Notes: a model not told the origin generated them from the letters alone. Positions 11,241 to 20,724 are shown, counted from the stretch's first letter. The stretch: 64,000 bases of DNA from Candidatus Bathyarchaeota archaeon (GCA_963811105.1 CAWEPZ010000011.1:1024001-1088000); one strand, 5' to 3'. Program-made: numbers and translations.

Positions 11241-12266
11241 TTGAGCGAATCAGCCCTATCCGCGATGAAGAAAAAAGTCGCCATTCGGATGCAGTATTAC
11301 CTTAAGCGGAACTTTGGATCAAAAACGTTAGCATACGACCTGTTGGCTGACTATCCAACTAGACCAGGAAAAGGTATCCGCCCACTTCTGTGTCTTGCAG
11401 CTGCGGCATCAGTGGGTGGCGACTACAATACTGCAATAGACACAGCGACGGCGATTGAGCTTCTTCATAATTCGTTTCTCATTAAAGATGACATTGTTGA
11501 TCAGTCTATTTACCGAAGAGGTGACCTTACTCTAAACAGAAAGTACGGTCTTGCTTTGGCAGCGAATGCTGGAGACGCGGTAAAAATCCTTGCAATGTCT
11601 CCTCTTGTAGATAACTTGGCTTCGATAGGCGTTAGGAAATCTTTGCAAATCATTATGGAAATACAGGAGACAGCACGTCGAAGCGTGGAAGGACAGATAA
11701 CAGAACTGACTTTTGTCAAAGAAAACCGGATTGATTTGAAGCCCAAAGACTATTATTACATTTGCGAAAACAAAACATGCTGGTACACAATCATTACACC
11801 TTGCAGAACTGGAATAATCATAGGTCTAGATGAAGCAACTCCACAACAATTAGACGCCATCACAAGATATGCTCGCTACACGGGAATAGCATTCCAGATA
11901 ACCGATGACACGCTGAACCTAACTGCAACACAAGCCCTTTACGGCAAAGAAATCGATGGTGATATTTTAGAGGGAAAACGAACCCTCATCCTTATTCACA
12001 CTCTCAACTCATGCAATCCTGAAGAGAAAGAACGAATTCGAAAAATACTGCAAACACCTCGAGAAGACAAAACGGAAGTGGATGTAAATTACATTAAAGA
12101 TCTCATGCAAAAATACGAAGCCATAAAATATGCTAGAAATATAGCAAAGCAATTCGCAACCAAAGCAAGGAACGTTTTGCTAAATGAATGCGACTGGATG
12201 ATTGAGAAAAAATGGAAAAACTTCTTCCTTGAACAAACCAACTACCTTGTTCAGCGGAAAAAATAA
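11241..12266 (+). CDS. Trans-polyprenyl diphosphate synthase (variant motifs)
   Basis: GKGIRP, FARM-like LIKDDIVD..YRRG, GQ, KT, SARM-like FQITDDTLN, GDILEGKRT. Confidence 0.9.
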   Translation: MSESALSAMKKKVAIRMQYYLKRNFGSKTLAYDLLADYPTRPGKGIRPLLCLAAAASVGGDYNTAIDTATAIELLHNSFLIKDDIVDQSIYRRGDLTLNRKYGLALAANAGDAVKILAMSPLVDNLASIGVRKSLQIIMEIQETARRSVEGQITELTFVKENRIDLKPKDYYYICENKTCWYTIITPCRTGIIIGLDEATPQQLDAITRYARYTGIAFQITDDTLNLTATQALYGKEIDGDILEGKRTLILIHTLNSCNPEEKERIRKILQTPREDKTEVDVNYIKDLMQKYEAIKYARNIAKQFATKARNVLLNECDWMIEKKWKNFFLEQTNYLVQRKK

Positions 12267-12284
12267 ATACAACTAACAGAGAGA

Positions 12285-12716
12285 ATGGAGGTGGAGATAA
12301 AAGTGAGCCACCAAACAACCCAAAAAACAAGTGAAAAGCCCAAACGTGCGTCAAAGGCAAGCGCCAAAATAGTAATGCCTAACCCAAAAACCGTTCAGAA
12401 AGCTATAGACCAAATCGTTTCCACACTAAACAATCCTGAGACGAAAGACCAACTAACCAAGTTAACCCAGGCTTCAGTTAACAACACCGTTCAGACAGCT
12501 CAAAGACTAGGGAAAGTAACCGCCCGTATGAGCAAACTGGACAACGAAGAAATGACCGAACTTGTAAGCAACTCCGTTGCTGACATGATGCGCCTTTACA
12601 TTCAGTTCAATACAGAGCTCTTGACACTTGTACAAAAAGTTTCCAACAGAGCAGTTGATATTATAGAAAAAGCCGCTCTCAGTACTGAAGAGGCTAATGC
12701 TGAGCAGTCGTCCTAA
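12285..12716 (+). CDS. Hypothetical alpha-helical protein (phasin/apolipoprotein-like pattern)
   Basis: 143-aa ORF; stop overlaps next ATG (TAATG); amphipathic helical composition. Confidence 0.7.
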   Translation: MEVEIKVSHQTTQKTSEKPKRASKASAKIVMPNPKTVQKAIDQIVSTLNNPETKDQLTKLTQASVNNTVQTAQRLGKVTARMSKLDNEEMTELVSNSVADMMRLYIQFNTELLTLVQKVSNRAVDIIEKAALSTEEANAEQSS

Positions 12717-13843
12717 TGACTTTATACCGTGTAGAAGACACGGCTAGCGTCGATGCTTTTACTCTGCCCTCAATCTTCGACACAAAAGCCAGTTTATACC
12801 AGGAATGGCATGACTTCGTATTTTTTGACCGAAAAAAAAGAATATTCTGTCTACTAAACTTTGGATTGCACGGCAACCCTTATGATTCAAAACGAGGTTG
12901 GGGTTCTGTCTTATCATACATCGTTGACCCAACTGGAAAGATATTTGCTGAAATAAAGCTAATACCCATAAGTCACCTCGAGGTTTCATCTTACAACCCA
13001 AACTTTATTGGTGATAAGTTCTCTGTCAATTTGCTAAAAGACAATTCTTTTGAAGTTACAGGGCAAATGCAGCAAACTTCATTTCACCTAAATTTCAAGG
13101 TTGCACAGCCTCCGGTAACGGATCAAGATATCTTTATTGATGTACTCAAAGAGCAAGATCCTAAAGCAAAGATGCTTCTGGCTGCCCAAGAAATGAATCG
13201 CCAATGGGAAAACTGGGTGGAACTACCCAGATTACTTGTCAAAGGAAAACTAGAAATCGACAAAAAAACCTATTCAATTAATACTAACCAAGGATATCAA
13301 GACCACGAAGGCGGTTGTTTCGACTTAGGAACAACTTGGGGTTGGGATACTGGCGTTATCTTTTGTGACCTCAATGCTGTCAACGAGCCGGAGAGAGTGG
13401 ACTTTCTAATTTACCGATATGGTCCCTCAAAGGATCTTTCATACGGTGGCATCTTTCTTGAAACCAAGAGTGGAAAGAAACAATTCTTTGATAACACAGA
13501 TATGCAGATTACTTCAAAAGGGAAGTACGATGGCAATCTGAGCATTATGCCAGCAATTACACAAATACTTTATCCAAATTATCATCCAGCAATACCAAAG
13601 AACACTACGTTTACTGCAACCAAAGGTTCAGATAAACTTGAAATTACCTTCACACCTAAAGCTGTGTGTAGCATAGTCAACGCGAGCCACATCAGTCCTT
13701 CAGAAGTTGTATTCAACGAAATGTTCTGTGAAGTAAACCTCCGTGGAAGAATTGAAGGCAACACATATGATAGTAGTCTTCCCTGTTGGTTTGAATCGGT
13801 TCGACCGCGAAAGAGGGCTTATGACTATGCAATTGACGCTTGA
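12716..13843 (+). CDS. CrtC/AttH/tocopherol-cyclase-like beta-barrel protein
   Basis: YQEWHDF and GYQDHEGG..TWGWD resemble the EWWYF and GYxDHxWG..WxW motifs of this clan; beta-rich. Confidence 0.6.
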   Translation: MTLYRVEDTASVDAFTLPSIFDTKASLYQEWHDFVFFDRKKRIFCLLNFGLHGNPYDSKRGWGSVLSYIVDPTGKIFAEIKLIPISHLEVSSYNPNFIGDKFSVNLLKDNSFEVTGQMQQTSFHLNFKVAQPPVTDQDIFIDVLKEQDPKAKMLLAAQEMNRQWENWVELPRLLVKGKLEIDKKTYSINTNQGYQDHEGGCFDLGTTWGWDTGVIFCDLNAVNEPERVDFLIYRYGPSKDLSYGGIFLETKSGKKQFFDNTDMQITSKGKYDGNLSIMPAITQILYPNYHPAIPKNTTFTATKGSDKLEITFTPKAVCSIVNASHISPSEVVFNEMFCEVNLRGRIEGNTYDSSLPCWFESVRPRKRAYDYAIDA

Positions 13844-14225
13844 ACTGTTTCTTAAAGAACTAATAGCATTAATGAAACAAGACTACCCGCAGCATCTTCA
13901 AAAAATGATTATGAATACTCAGGGGTTAACTTGGCATCAAACTCTAGACAATGAAAATACGATAATTCAAGTCACAGCTGATGATATTGTTATCAGCGAA
14001 AAAGTTAAGCCCAAAAAAATTGATGTTCGAGTAAGCCTTTCGAGAAAATGCCTGTTTGATCTTCTTGAAGGTAGAATAACTCTTGACAAAGCACTTCAAA
14101 CAAAGAAAATTGAAGTCTTTGGAGAACCCGCAACATTGCTAAAATGCTACAGAATTTTTGAGCAGATTCTCCTACTTTCAAGAATGTCACCTCGCTTCTA
14201 CTTCTTAACTTACAGACTACGTTAG
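13821..14225 (+). CDS. SCP2 sterol/lipid-binding domain protein
   Basis: Likely start MTMQ at 13821; DVRVSLSRKCLFDLLEGRITLDKALQTKKIEVFGE is a typical SCP2 pattern. Confidence 0.8.
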   Translation: MTMQLTLELFLKELIALMKQDYPQHLQKMIMNTQGLTWHQTLDNENTIIQVTADDIVISEKVKPKKIDVRVSLSRKCLFDLLEGRITLDKALQTKKIEVFGEPATLLKCYRIFEQILLLSRMSPRFYFLTYRLR

Positions 14226-14328
14226 TATCATTAAAGCGACATACAGTTTCCACTGTTCTCTGCAGACCAATCAAACCTACAAAAACGATAAATAACAATA
14301 CATCGTAAATAGAAACGGGGTCAAGTAA

Positions 14329-15516
14329 TTGAGCAAAAGCTCGAGAACCAAAAAAGTTTTAAATGAAAATATTTCCAAAACGACTGCTCCTGCAGTTACA
14401 TCAAAAGACCAAAAAATCTGTATTCCCATTCCAAATATTGAAACCCAAAAAGTCTGTTTAAATTTACCAAAAATAGATGTAGAAACAGAAAAAGTCTGTT
14501 TTGATTTACCTAAAATACCATCAAAAGGCTGCGATTGCCCTCCGCCCGTGATGCGCTGCCGACCCAGAGAAGAAAAAGTTACGACCCGCGCCGTGATACC
14601 AAAATCAGAAATTGCTTCAAGCATCGGCGGGCCTCTCTCTATTGCTGAGATAGAAATTGGGGAAATTTCGATTCCAGATCTTAGATTGAAAAATTTTAGC
14701 GGGAACTTCAAATACGATTCATGTAAAGCAAAAAACGTAGAGTTAGAAATCACCTTATCCATTAGCACAACTTTTTCAGGGAACATTGATCTGCCCTGGC
14801 CGCTCTGCTGGTCTGACTTTTGCTATGGCGTATCAGGCGGAGTGAATTTTGATTCCTACGTTGAGAAACATTCTTTAGGAGATGTTGTATTTGGCGCAGG
14901 CCAATTTTCAATGGTTTCTACCTCAACTACTATTGGTCCATTCTCAATGACACCTAACCCAATAAGAGAAACTAAAATCGACCAAGTTACCGCCGACAAT
15001 ATCCAAATGAAATGCACAAGTATTCCCCTTGAGACTCCTCTGGGAATCAATATCGGACTCTGCCTACCCATACCAAATCCCATGGGTCCAAACGACATCG
15101 CAACGGATCAAACAACTATCGATGAAATGGATTCAACCGGAATATCAAGCCCACAAGCATCAATGAAAAACATAAGTGCCTTAAACGTGACAATTCCATC
15201 AGTCACTACCCAAGCATTCGAGGCGCAATCTAACACCGCATTGCCAATATCAACGTCCAAAAAAATGTATGGATCAGGAGTAACCCTAAACGGCGACGCA
15301 GATAAAGCTCATATTGACGGCAACTTAACTCTTAATATTTCCAAAATAATAATGAGGGTCAAAGGCGGCTTGGAATTTACAAACCTAAACGGTTCAGTTG
15401 CAACCGATTCCGCAATTGCAGATAAACTTGACTTAAGCTTGGTCTTAAAAGGAATCAAAATCAAGGGACTAAATCTATGTGGAATGAAAATTCCAGAGAT
15501 AGAGGTGGTAATGTAG
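14329..15516 (+). CDS. Uncharacterised beta-strand-rich, Cys-containing protein with N-terminal repeats
   Basis: 395-aa ORF in the operon; alternating hydrophobic strands; DLPWP motif. Confidence 0.75.
   Translation: MSKSSRTKKVLNENISKTTAPAVTSKDQKICIPIPNIETQKVCLNLPKIDVETEKVCFDLPKIPSKGCDCPPPVMRCRPREEKVTTRAVIPKSEIASSIGGPLSIAEIEIGEISIPDLRLKNFSGNFKYDSCKAKNVELEITLSISTTFSGNIDLPWPLCWSDFCYGVSGGVNFDSYVEKHSLGDVVFGAGQFSMVSTSTTIGPFSMTPNPIRETKIDQVTADNIQMKCTSIPLETPLGINIGLCLPIPNPMGPNDIATDQTTIDEMDSTGISSPQASMKNISALNVTIPSVTTQAFEAQSNTALPISTSKKMYGSGVTLNGDADKAHIDGNLTLNISKIIMRVKGGLEFTNLNGSVATDSAIADKLDLSLVLKGIKIKGLNLCGMKIPEIEVVM
14407..14520 (+). repeat. Three imperfect in-frame repeats (QKICIPIPNI / QKVCLNLPKI / EKVCFDLPKI)
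   Basis: DNA-level duplication of AAAAAGTCTGTTT..ATTTACC.AAAATA. Confidence 0.75.
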
Positions 15517-15801
15517 ATGAGCAGAAGTCTAAGTAGCAGTAAACCTAAGCTCAAGATTGAGGAAATCGCAAAAAGAGAAAGAATAATGAAATCTGTAATG
15601 GACCAGAAAAGAACTGGAAAAATTGATATAAAAGCCACATTCGATTTGATACATCTTAGCGTCTACCCGCTTCTAGAGAACCGAGAGATAGTAGAAGACG
15701 ACATGAAGAAACTCAAAACGACACTTGACGAAGCCGCCTGCCAAATCTGTGAGATAATCGAGAAATCAAAAAGAAAGACTTCAAGCAATACTCCACAATA
15801 G
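15517..15801 (+). CDS. Hypothetical helical protein
   Basis: ATG directly after previous TAG; GAGGTGG upstream. Confidence 0.7.
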   Translation: MSRSLSSSKPKLKIEEIAKRERIMKSVMDQKRTGKIDIKATFDLIHLSVYPLLENREIVEDDMKKLKTTLDEAACQICEIIEKSKRKTSSNTPQ

Positions 15802-15814
15802 CTTAAAGAAACTC

Positions 15815-15845
15815 GCGGCAACTTCTTGCCGTGTCATTTTCTTTT
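15815..15845 (+). terminator. Hairpin plus T-rich tract closing the isoprenoid cluster
   Basis: GCGGCAA-CTTC-TTGCCGT followed by GTCATTTTCTTTT. Confidence 0.5.
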
Positions 15846-16042
15846 GCTCCCAAGAATAGGCCAATTCTATTACCAAAATGACGATGGATCGTTTTAACGC
15901 TAAATTTGAGGGGTTTTCAAAATGCTTCTTGAAACAGGTTTGAGTCTTCAGTTTTAAATTGTCTTAAATGGAACACAAGTAGTGCTATTTGTAACAGAAA
16001 AGTCACAATATTTAAGAATTAGATTCCACAATCCCATATTTA

Positions 16043-16264
16043 CAGGCTGGGGAGCACGCTTTAAGATGTGCGTTGAGGCACGGAGCGTATCAATTAAAAC
16101 AGCTGAAAATTGGTATGCGACTAAGACCTTACCTCCACGGGCTGGCCATAACAAGCGTTGCCGCGAGGCTATGAGCTATATGGTCAAAGCGGTTAAAGAC
16201 CATGTGGTGATTATGACATTGCCTCGATGGACCGTGGACGCATTTAAGGCTTAGACTCAGCCTG
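16043..16264 (+). ncRNA. Candidate structured non-coding RNA of unknown class
   Basis: 5'/3' closing stem, two side hairpins and a long interrupted helix; many G-U pairs on the + strand; TTTAAG box at 16011-16016. Confidence 0.6.
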
Positions 16265-16354
16265 CTCTCACTAATTTATAACGAATTTCCAGTCCTTGCA
16301 AGCAAGCCCTAAATCATTTTTCTTTCATAAAAATAGGGATAAAATGAGTTGAGT

Positions 16355-16798
16355 TTATTCTTGTATTATTTCGTAGGATGTTGTGATTTCTGCTGTCTTC
16401 TTTAGCATTGCTCCAACTGAACAATATTTGTAGTGTGAGAGTTGAATTGCTCTTTCAACAGCTTCTTTGCTAATGTTTTTTCCTTTGACGATGTACTTTA
16501 TGTGGATTTTGGTGAAAACTTCCGGCGGCTCCTCGCTCCTTTCAGCTTCAGTCTCAACACTGTAGCCTGTTATGTTTTGTCTTTTCTTTTTCAGAATGGT
16601 AACGACATCAAAACTGGTGCATCCAGCTAAAGAGGCTAAGACTGTTTCCATAGGTGTCGGAGCAGAGTCTTCTCCCCCATATTTTGAAGGCGCATCGAAA
16701 TTTACCGTCAGGCCTCTCTCAGTTTTTGCTTCAAAACGAAAGTTCCCTTTCCAATTCAAAACAATCTTCTTTTTGTTATCAGACATACCTTGTACCAT
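16355..16798 (-). CDS. OsmC/YhfA family protein
   Basis: PTPMETVLASLAGC...KYCSV. Confidence 0.92.
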   Translation of the reverse strand: MVQGMSDNKKKIVLNWKGNFRFEAKTERGLTVNFDAPSKYGGEDSAPTPMETVLASLAGCTSFDVVTILKKKRQNITGYSVETEAERSEEPPEVFTKIHIKYIVKGKNISKEAVERAIQLSHYKYCSVGAMLKKTAEITTSYEIIQE

Positions 16799-17071
16799 GA
16801 AATTTGGCGCTAAAAAATCTTGCTAAGTTAAAAACTATAGATAAACGCGAGAGACATAATCAATTTGACTCAACCAAAGAAAGAACCCAATTGAGCTTGT
16901 TTAATTCTTGACTTGTCCTCGGCTTTTTTGAGTTTCAGATAACAACCAAAGTTTCTCAAGCAAGTACAAATAGTTCTCAGAGGTATAACCGTGAAAGTGA
17001 TAATTAAAGAAAACATAAACCTTCTTCACGGACTTACTCACTTCCTGAACTTTTGGAACCCAATACAGTCT

Positions 17072-17539
17072 CTATAGTTCCCTCCCTTTCTGCAATGCGC
17101 ATATCATGATAATCCGATGAAACCACAATATTCTCACCTCTGCCATGCCATCACCGAAAATAAGCAAAATCTTCAAATCACAATCACGCTTCGGCGGCAA
17201 CTGAATTAAAAAACAACTCAGTTTCCCACCCAACTGCAGAGGGCGCATCAAATCAAAATAAGCGTTCAAATCAGCCTTAACATCACTCTTCAAACCAAAA
17301 TCCTTATCATGAGTTATCAGTTTGGACAATTTTGCTACAAAAAAAATCGGAAGAAGAATACTTTAACCAGTCCATAACTGCCTTTGGAAGGGAAACGGCA
17401 GAATGTTGAGTTATTTCACTATTTTAAAACACTTGAATATGCTCGAAGCTTCTTCTTTTCACCATTGCGGCAGAACGGGTCATTCCCACTCATTATAGCT
17501 CCAGCCGGAGATACCAAGATGAATGTTGGAGTTGCTCAT
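17072..17539 (-). pseudogene. Decayed DUF72-family gene
   Basis: Begins MSNSNIHLGISGWSYNEWE then stop; further stops and frameshifts; remnant KLITHDK...GKLSCFLIQLPP. Confidence 0.75.
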
Positions 17540-17583
17540 TGTTGAACCTCAAGGTATTTGGTTGCTTCCAGAGGCAGAGTTTT

Positions 17584-18138
17584 TCATTTGTAAAGTTCTT
17601 TTCCTATGTCCCATGCTTTGGCGATCTTGTTTCCTAGACTCCAGTAACTTCGGTCATTCATGACAAACAAGATAGGCTTCACTTTGCCAAAATCTACGGA
17701 ACCTCCGCTGAGAACTTCGTTATCACAAAAAGTGTTGACTATCTTGCCTACGAATACATCATGGCTTGGGAAATCAACAGTCTTTATTAATTCACATTCC
17801 ATGTTTATTGCGCATTCCTCAATCATCGGGGCAGTTTTCAGTTTTCCAAAAAAAGTCTTAAACAACGATGCCTTATCCTCTGATTTTCCTGAAATCAAGC
17901 CACAGTAATCAGTCTTCTTAATCGTCTTCTCTGAAGGAATATTAACGCTGAAAGTGCCATTTGCCTTTATTCCAGCATTAGTATAATGAATTTTACTCAT
18001 CCCTAGAGAAACTGAACCCATATCCATTATACCTACATGCGCGATTGGAAGGTAGTTAGGTTTGCCATTTACCAAAGCGCCAACCAACGTTGTAGGCATC
18101 GGATAGAGACAATTTTTAGGTCCAATGTCTATTTTCAT
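17584..18138 (-). CDS. Flavin reductase-like FMN-binding protein (flavoredoxin family)
   Basis: YPMPTTLVG, FSVNIP, DYCG, APMIEEC..MEC, HDVFVG. Confidence 0.9.
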   Translation of the reverse strand: MKIDIGPKNCLYPMPTTLVGALVNGKPNYLPIAHVGIMDMGSVSLGMSKIHYTNAGIKANGTFSVNIPSEKTIKKTDYCGLISGKSEDKASLFKTFFGKLKTAPMIEECAINMECELIKTVDFPSHDVFVGKIVNTFCDNEVLSGGSVDFGKVKPILFVMNDRSYWSLGNKIAKAWDIGKELYK

Positions 18139-18219
18139 TTTTCGAACCCTACCGTTATCAAACTATTACTCTTCGGCATCAATTAAAGTTTCAATAATTG
18201 AATAGCGTGAAACCTATTC

Positions 18220-19146
18220 TCACAACGCAGCTTTCATAGATCCTATAACTTCTTCCACTGAAGAGTAGGTCCTCTCAGGAATCTTCTCTAACAACACTGA
18301 TAGATGCACCCTCTTCTCAGATGTTAAGTCAACAACTTTCCAGCCTTGATCACTAATCAGTGACTGCTTTGAAGAAGGAAAAACGGCATCCTCAGAAAGA
18401 ACCGCCCTGGCAGAATCTAAACCAGTGTAAGCTGTAACTGGAAGGAAATTTCCTGTTTTCTTGTACTGTGCAAACCTAAGCGCGTCAGTGCTCATTCGTA
18501 AGCCGTGATAAGACATAGCAACAACTTTCGCTTTGCTTTCTGAGGCGTTCTTATCGATTTCCCTTAATTCTTCGTCGGTGAATTGGTATATGTTATGTTT
18601 GCCCTTGCCAAAAAGCCTCGAGTACCCAACATCCGACCAGTCAGCGGGCTTAACAGTTGAAATATCTACACAATGAATAATGTTAAAATCCCTCGTCAAA
18701 TCAATAGCTTGCTCAGTTATGGGAGCGCGTATTTCCCAAACAAGCCGAACTCCATTCAGATTGGCAGAAGCAAAAAAATCCCTCGCAGATCTCATTGCGA
18801 TTTCGTCAAGGACATAGCTCGCGGGTGTTTCTAAAACAAGAAAAGGCGAATCCAAAAGCCTGCAGTAAGTCACCATTTGACCGAGCACCCCATAAGCCTC
18901 ATCGATGGGTTTTAAGCCTATTTTGTGGGTTAAGTCTTGGTGGCAACGAACCGAAAAAGTAAAATCTGAAGGCACAGTTTTCCGCCAGTTTTCAACTTGC
19001 CGAATATTTGGATACTCATAAAATGTGTAGTTGACTTCTACAAAATTGAATGCTTCAGAGTAAGCTTTCAATGATGGTTTGTTTGGAACTTTGAAATAAG
19101 CCCAACCGCCAGTGCCAACCAGATAATCAGGCAAATAAATACCCAA
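18220..19146 (-). CDS. DUF72-family protein with C-terminal DUF2795-like domain
   Basis: VGTGGWAY, FNFVEVNYTFY, FSVRCHQDLTH; tail FPSSKQSL...PERTYSSVEEV. Confidence 0.85.
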   Translation of the reverse strand: MGIYLPDYLVGTGGWAYFKVPNKPSLKAYSEAFNFVEVNYTFYEYPNIRQVENWRKTVPSDFTFSVRCHQDLTHKIGLKPIDEAYGVLGQMVTYCRLLDSPFLVLETPASYVLDEIAMRSARDFFASANLNGVRLVWEIRAPITEQAIDLTRDFNIIHCVDISTVKPADWSDVGYSRLFGKGKHNIYQFTDEELREIDKNASESKAKVVAMSYHGLRMSTDALRFAQYKKTGNFLPVTAYTGLDSARAVLSEDAVFPSSKQSLISDQGWKVVDLTSEKRVHLSVLLEKIPERTYSSVEEVIGSMKAAL

Positions 19147-19179
19147 ATTATTATTCTACAACTAAATTAATTAGATTAA

Positions 19180-19326
19180 TCAAAAAAAATAAATCTCCCA
19201 GCTACACCTACTCTTTTCAGCGTTCGAAAGAACTGACAGAACTTTCTTCTCCGCGTTTTCATCTACTTCCAAGTTTTTGATACGCTTCTTAAATTCGCCG
19301 AGCATATGATAATCTTCTGAAAGCAA
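19180..19326 (-). CDS. Small hypothetical protein, possibly truncated
   Basis: 48-aa ORF LLSEDYHMLGEFKKRIKNLEVDENAEKK... starting 2 nt after the Rieske stop; below ORF-track cutoff. Confidence 0.35.
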   Translation of the reverse strand: MLSEDYHMLGEFKKRIKNLEVDENAEKKVLSVLSNAEKSRCSWEIYFF

Positions 19327-19328
19327 TC

Positions 19329-19670
19329 TTATTCGTCTTTTAGAATTTCAACCATTATCTTCCCATTTTCGATCTTACATCGATAACTATCCAGCTTCAC
19401 TTGGGGAATTTCTTGGTATTGCCCATTTCGCACATCGAATTTCCAACCATGACATGGACACATAACAACGTAGCCTGTAAGGATGCCACCCTGCAATTCG
19501 CAGCTCTGATGAGGACAACGATTTGAAACCCCAAAAATTTCGCCGCCTTGCCGCACTAACAAAATCGACCTACCTTTTACACGAACAGCCTTCATATGAC
19601 TTTCACTGAGATCACTCTCTTTTACGGAGGACACAAAACTATCTTTGCTCGTCATAACATCATCCTTCAT
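19329..19670 (-). CDS. Rieske [2Fe-2S] ferredoxin
   Basis: CPH...CPCHGWKFD. Confidence 0.92.
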   Translation of the reverse strand: MKDDVMTSKDSFVSSVKESDLSESHMKAVRVKGRSILLVRQGGEIFGVSNRCPHQSCELQGGILTGYVVMCPCHGWKFDVRNGQYQEIPQVKLDSYRCKIENGKIMVEILKDE

Positions 19671-19920
19671 TAATTTTATTTCTTATGATCTTCAATACAG
19701 GAGATAGCAACAATTATTTCTTACTCTTATTTCACATTTATCCTAAACTTTTTCTTACCTAAGTATTTATCAACTTCAGGTGTGCTACAAATATTTCCGA
19801 ATAGTCTCTCACGTGACTCTTCGAATGAGCGGCAAAACAAAATGACATAGCGTGTACTGCTTATCTAAATAAGTAAACATTAAATTCTTGAAAAAAATAT
19901 CATATAATAGGCGAATTTTT

Positions 19921-20484
19921 ATGACTGAAAATAAAAAACCAGCCGAAAAAGAAGCAACTTCTAAAAAAACCGAATTATCAATCACAAAAAAGAAAACATC
20001 AGCAATCAATAAGGCCCCAAAGAGACCTATGGTTTTAGCTGCACCCACTCCTTCAGATCTTTATGAGGCTTTTGATGACACTTTTGAAAGGTTCAGAAAT
20101 GATTTTGAAGACCTTCTCTTTCCTTCAACGTGGGCGAGCACATATTCACTCATGCCAGAAACTCGAGTTCCAGCAATGGATCTAGAAGATAATGAAAAAG
20201 AATATCTCTTAAAGGCGGAGATGCCTGGCTTTAAAAAAGAAAATATCGAAATCGATGTACAAGACAACGCTGTAGTAATATCAGGCGAAGTTGGATGGAA
20301 ATACGACAAGAAAGAACATGAATACCTCTGCAAGGAACGGGCATGCAAATCATTCTACAGAACAGTGGACCTGCCAGAAGAGGTAGACGTAAACGGAGTC
20401 ACTGCCAACCTAACCGATGGGGTACTTGAAATCTGTCTTCCAAAAAAAATACCAAAACAAAAAAGAAAAGTCAAAGTCAAATAG
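19921..20484 (+). CDS. Small heat-shock protein Hsp20
   Basis: AEMPG, LPEEV, DGVLEICLPK alpha-crystallin domain; ATG at 19921. Confidence 0.92.
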   Translation: MTENKKPAEKEATSKKTELSITKKKTSAINKAPKRPMVLAAPTPSDLYEAFDDTFERFRNDFEDLLFPSTWASTYSLMPETRVPAMDLEDNEKEYLLKAEMPGFKKENIEIDVQDNAVVISGEVGWKYDKKEHEYLCKERACKSFYRTVDLPEEVDVNGVTANLTDGVLEICLPKKIPKQKRKVKVK

Positions 20485-20724
20485 ACAGACTTTTCCTTAT
20501 TTTTGTCCCAAGATAGGCTTAAATTGAAAAAGGTTGACATTGTGCGGACTTGTTCAGACTATGCGCATTAATGTGTAAAAATTCTTATATAGGTCCCTTT
20601 TGTGGGGTTGAGAAGGTTTGGTAATAAAATTTACAATGCAATATCGATTAGGTCAAACAGAAAAAGGTAGGCTTAATATTTTTTGGGTCATGTAATAAAA
20701 CGCACAATTTACTGATGATTCAAC

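Noticed and set aside
15982-16254. 90-aa ORF (and opposite-strand 15954..16154)
   Set aside because: No recognisable motifs or SD; the region is better explained by extensive RNA pairing
16043-16264. Identification as SRP RNA, RNase P RNA, tmRNA or a TPP/cobalamin/lysine riboswitch
   Set aside because: Diagnostic motifs (SRP helix 8 AGG/AGCA with GNRA loop, GAGGAAAGUCC, T-arm/CCA end, CUGAGA) were not found by eye
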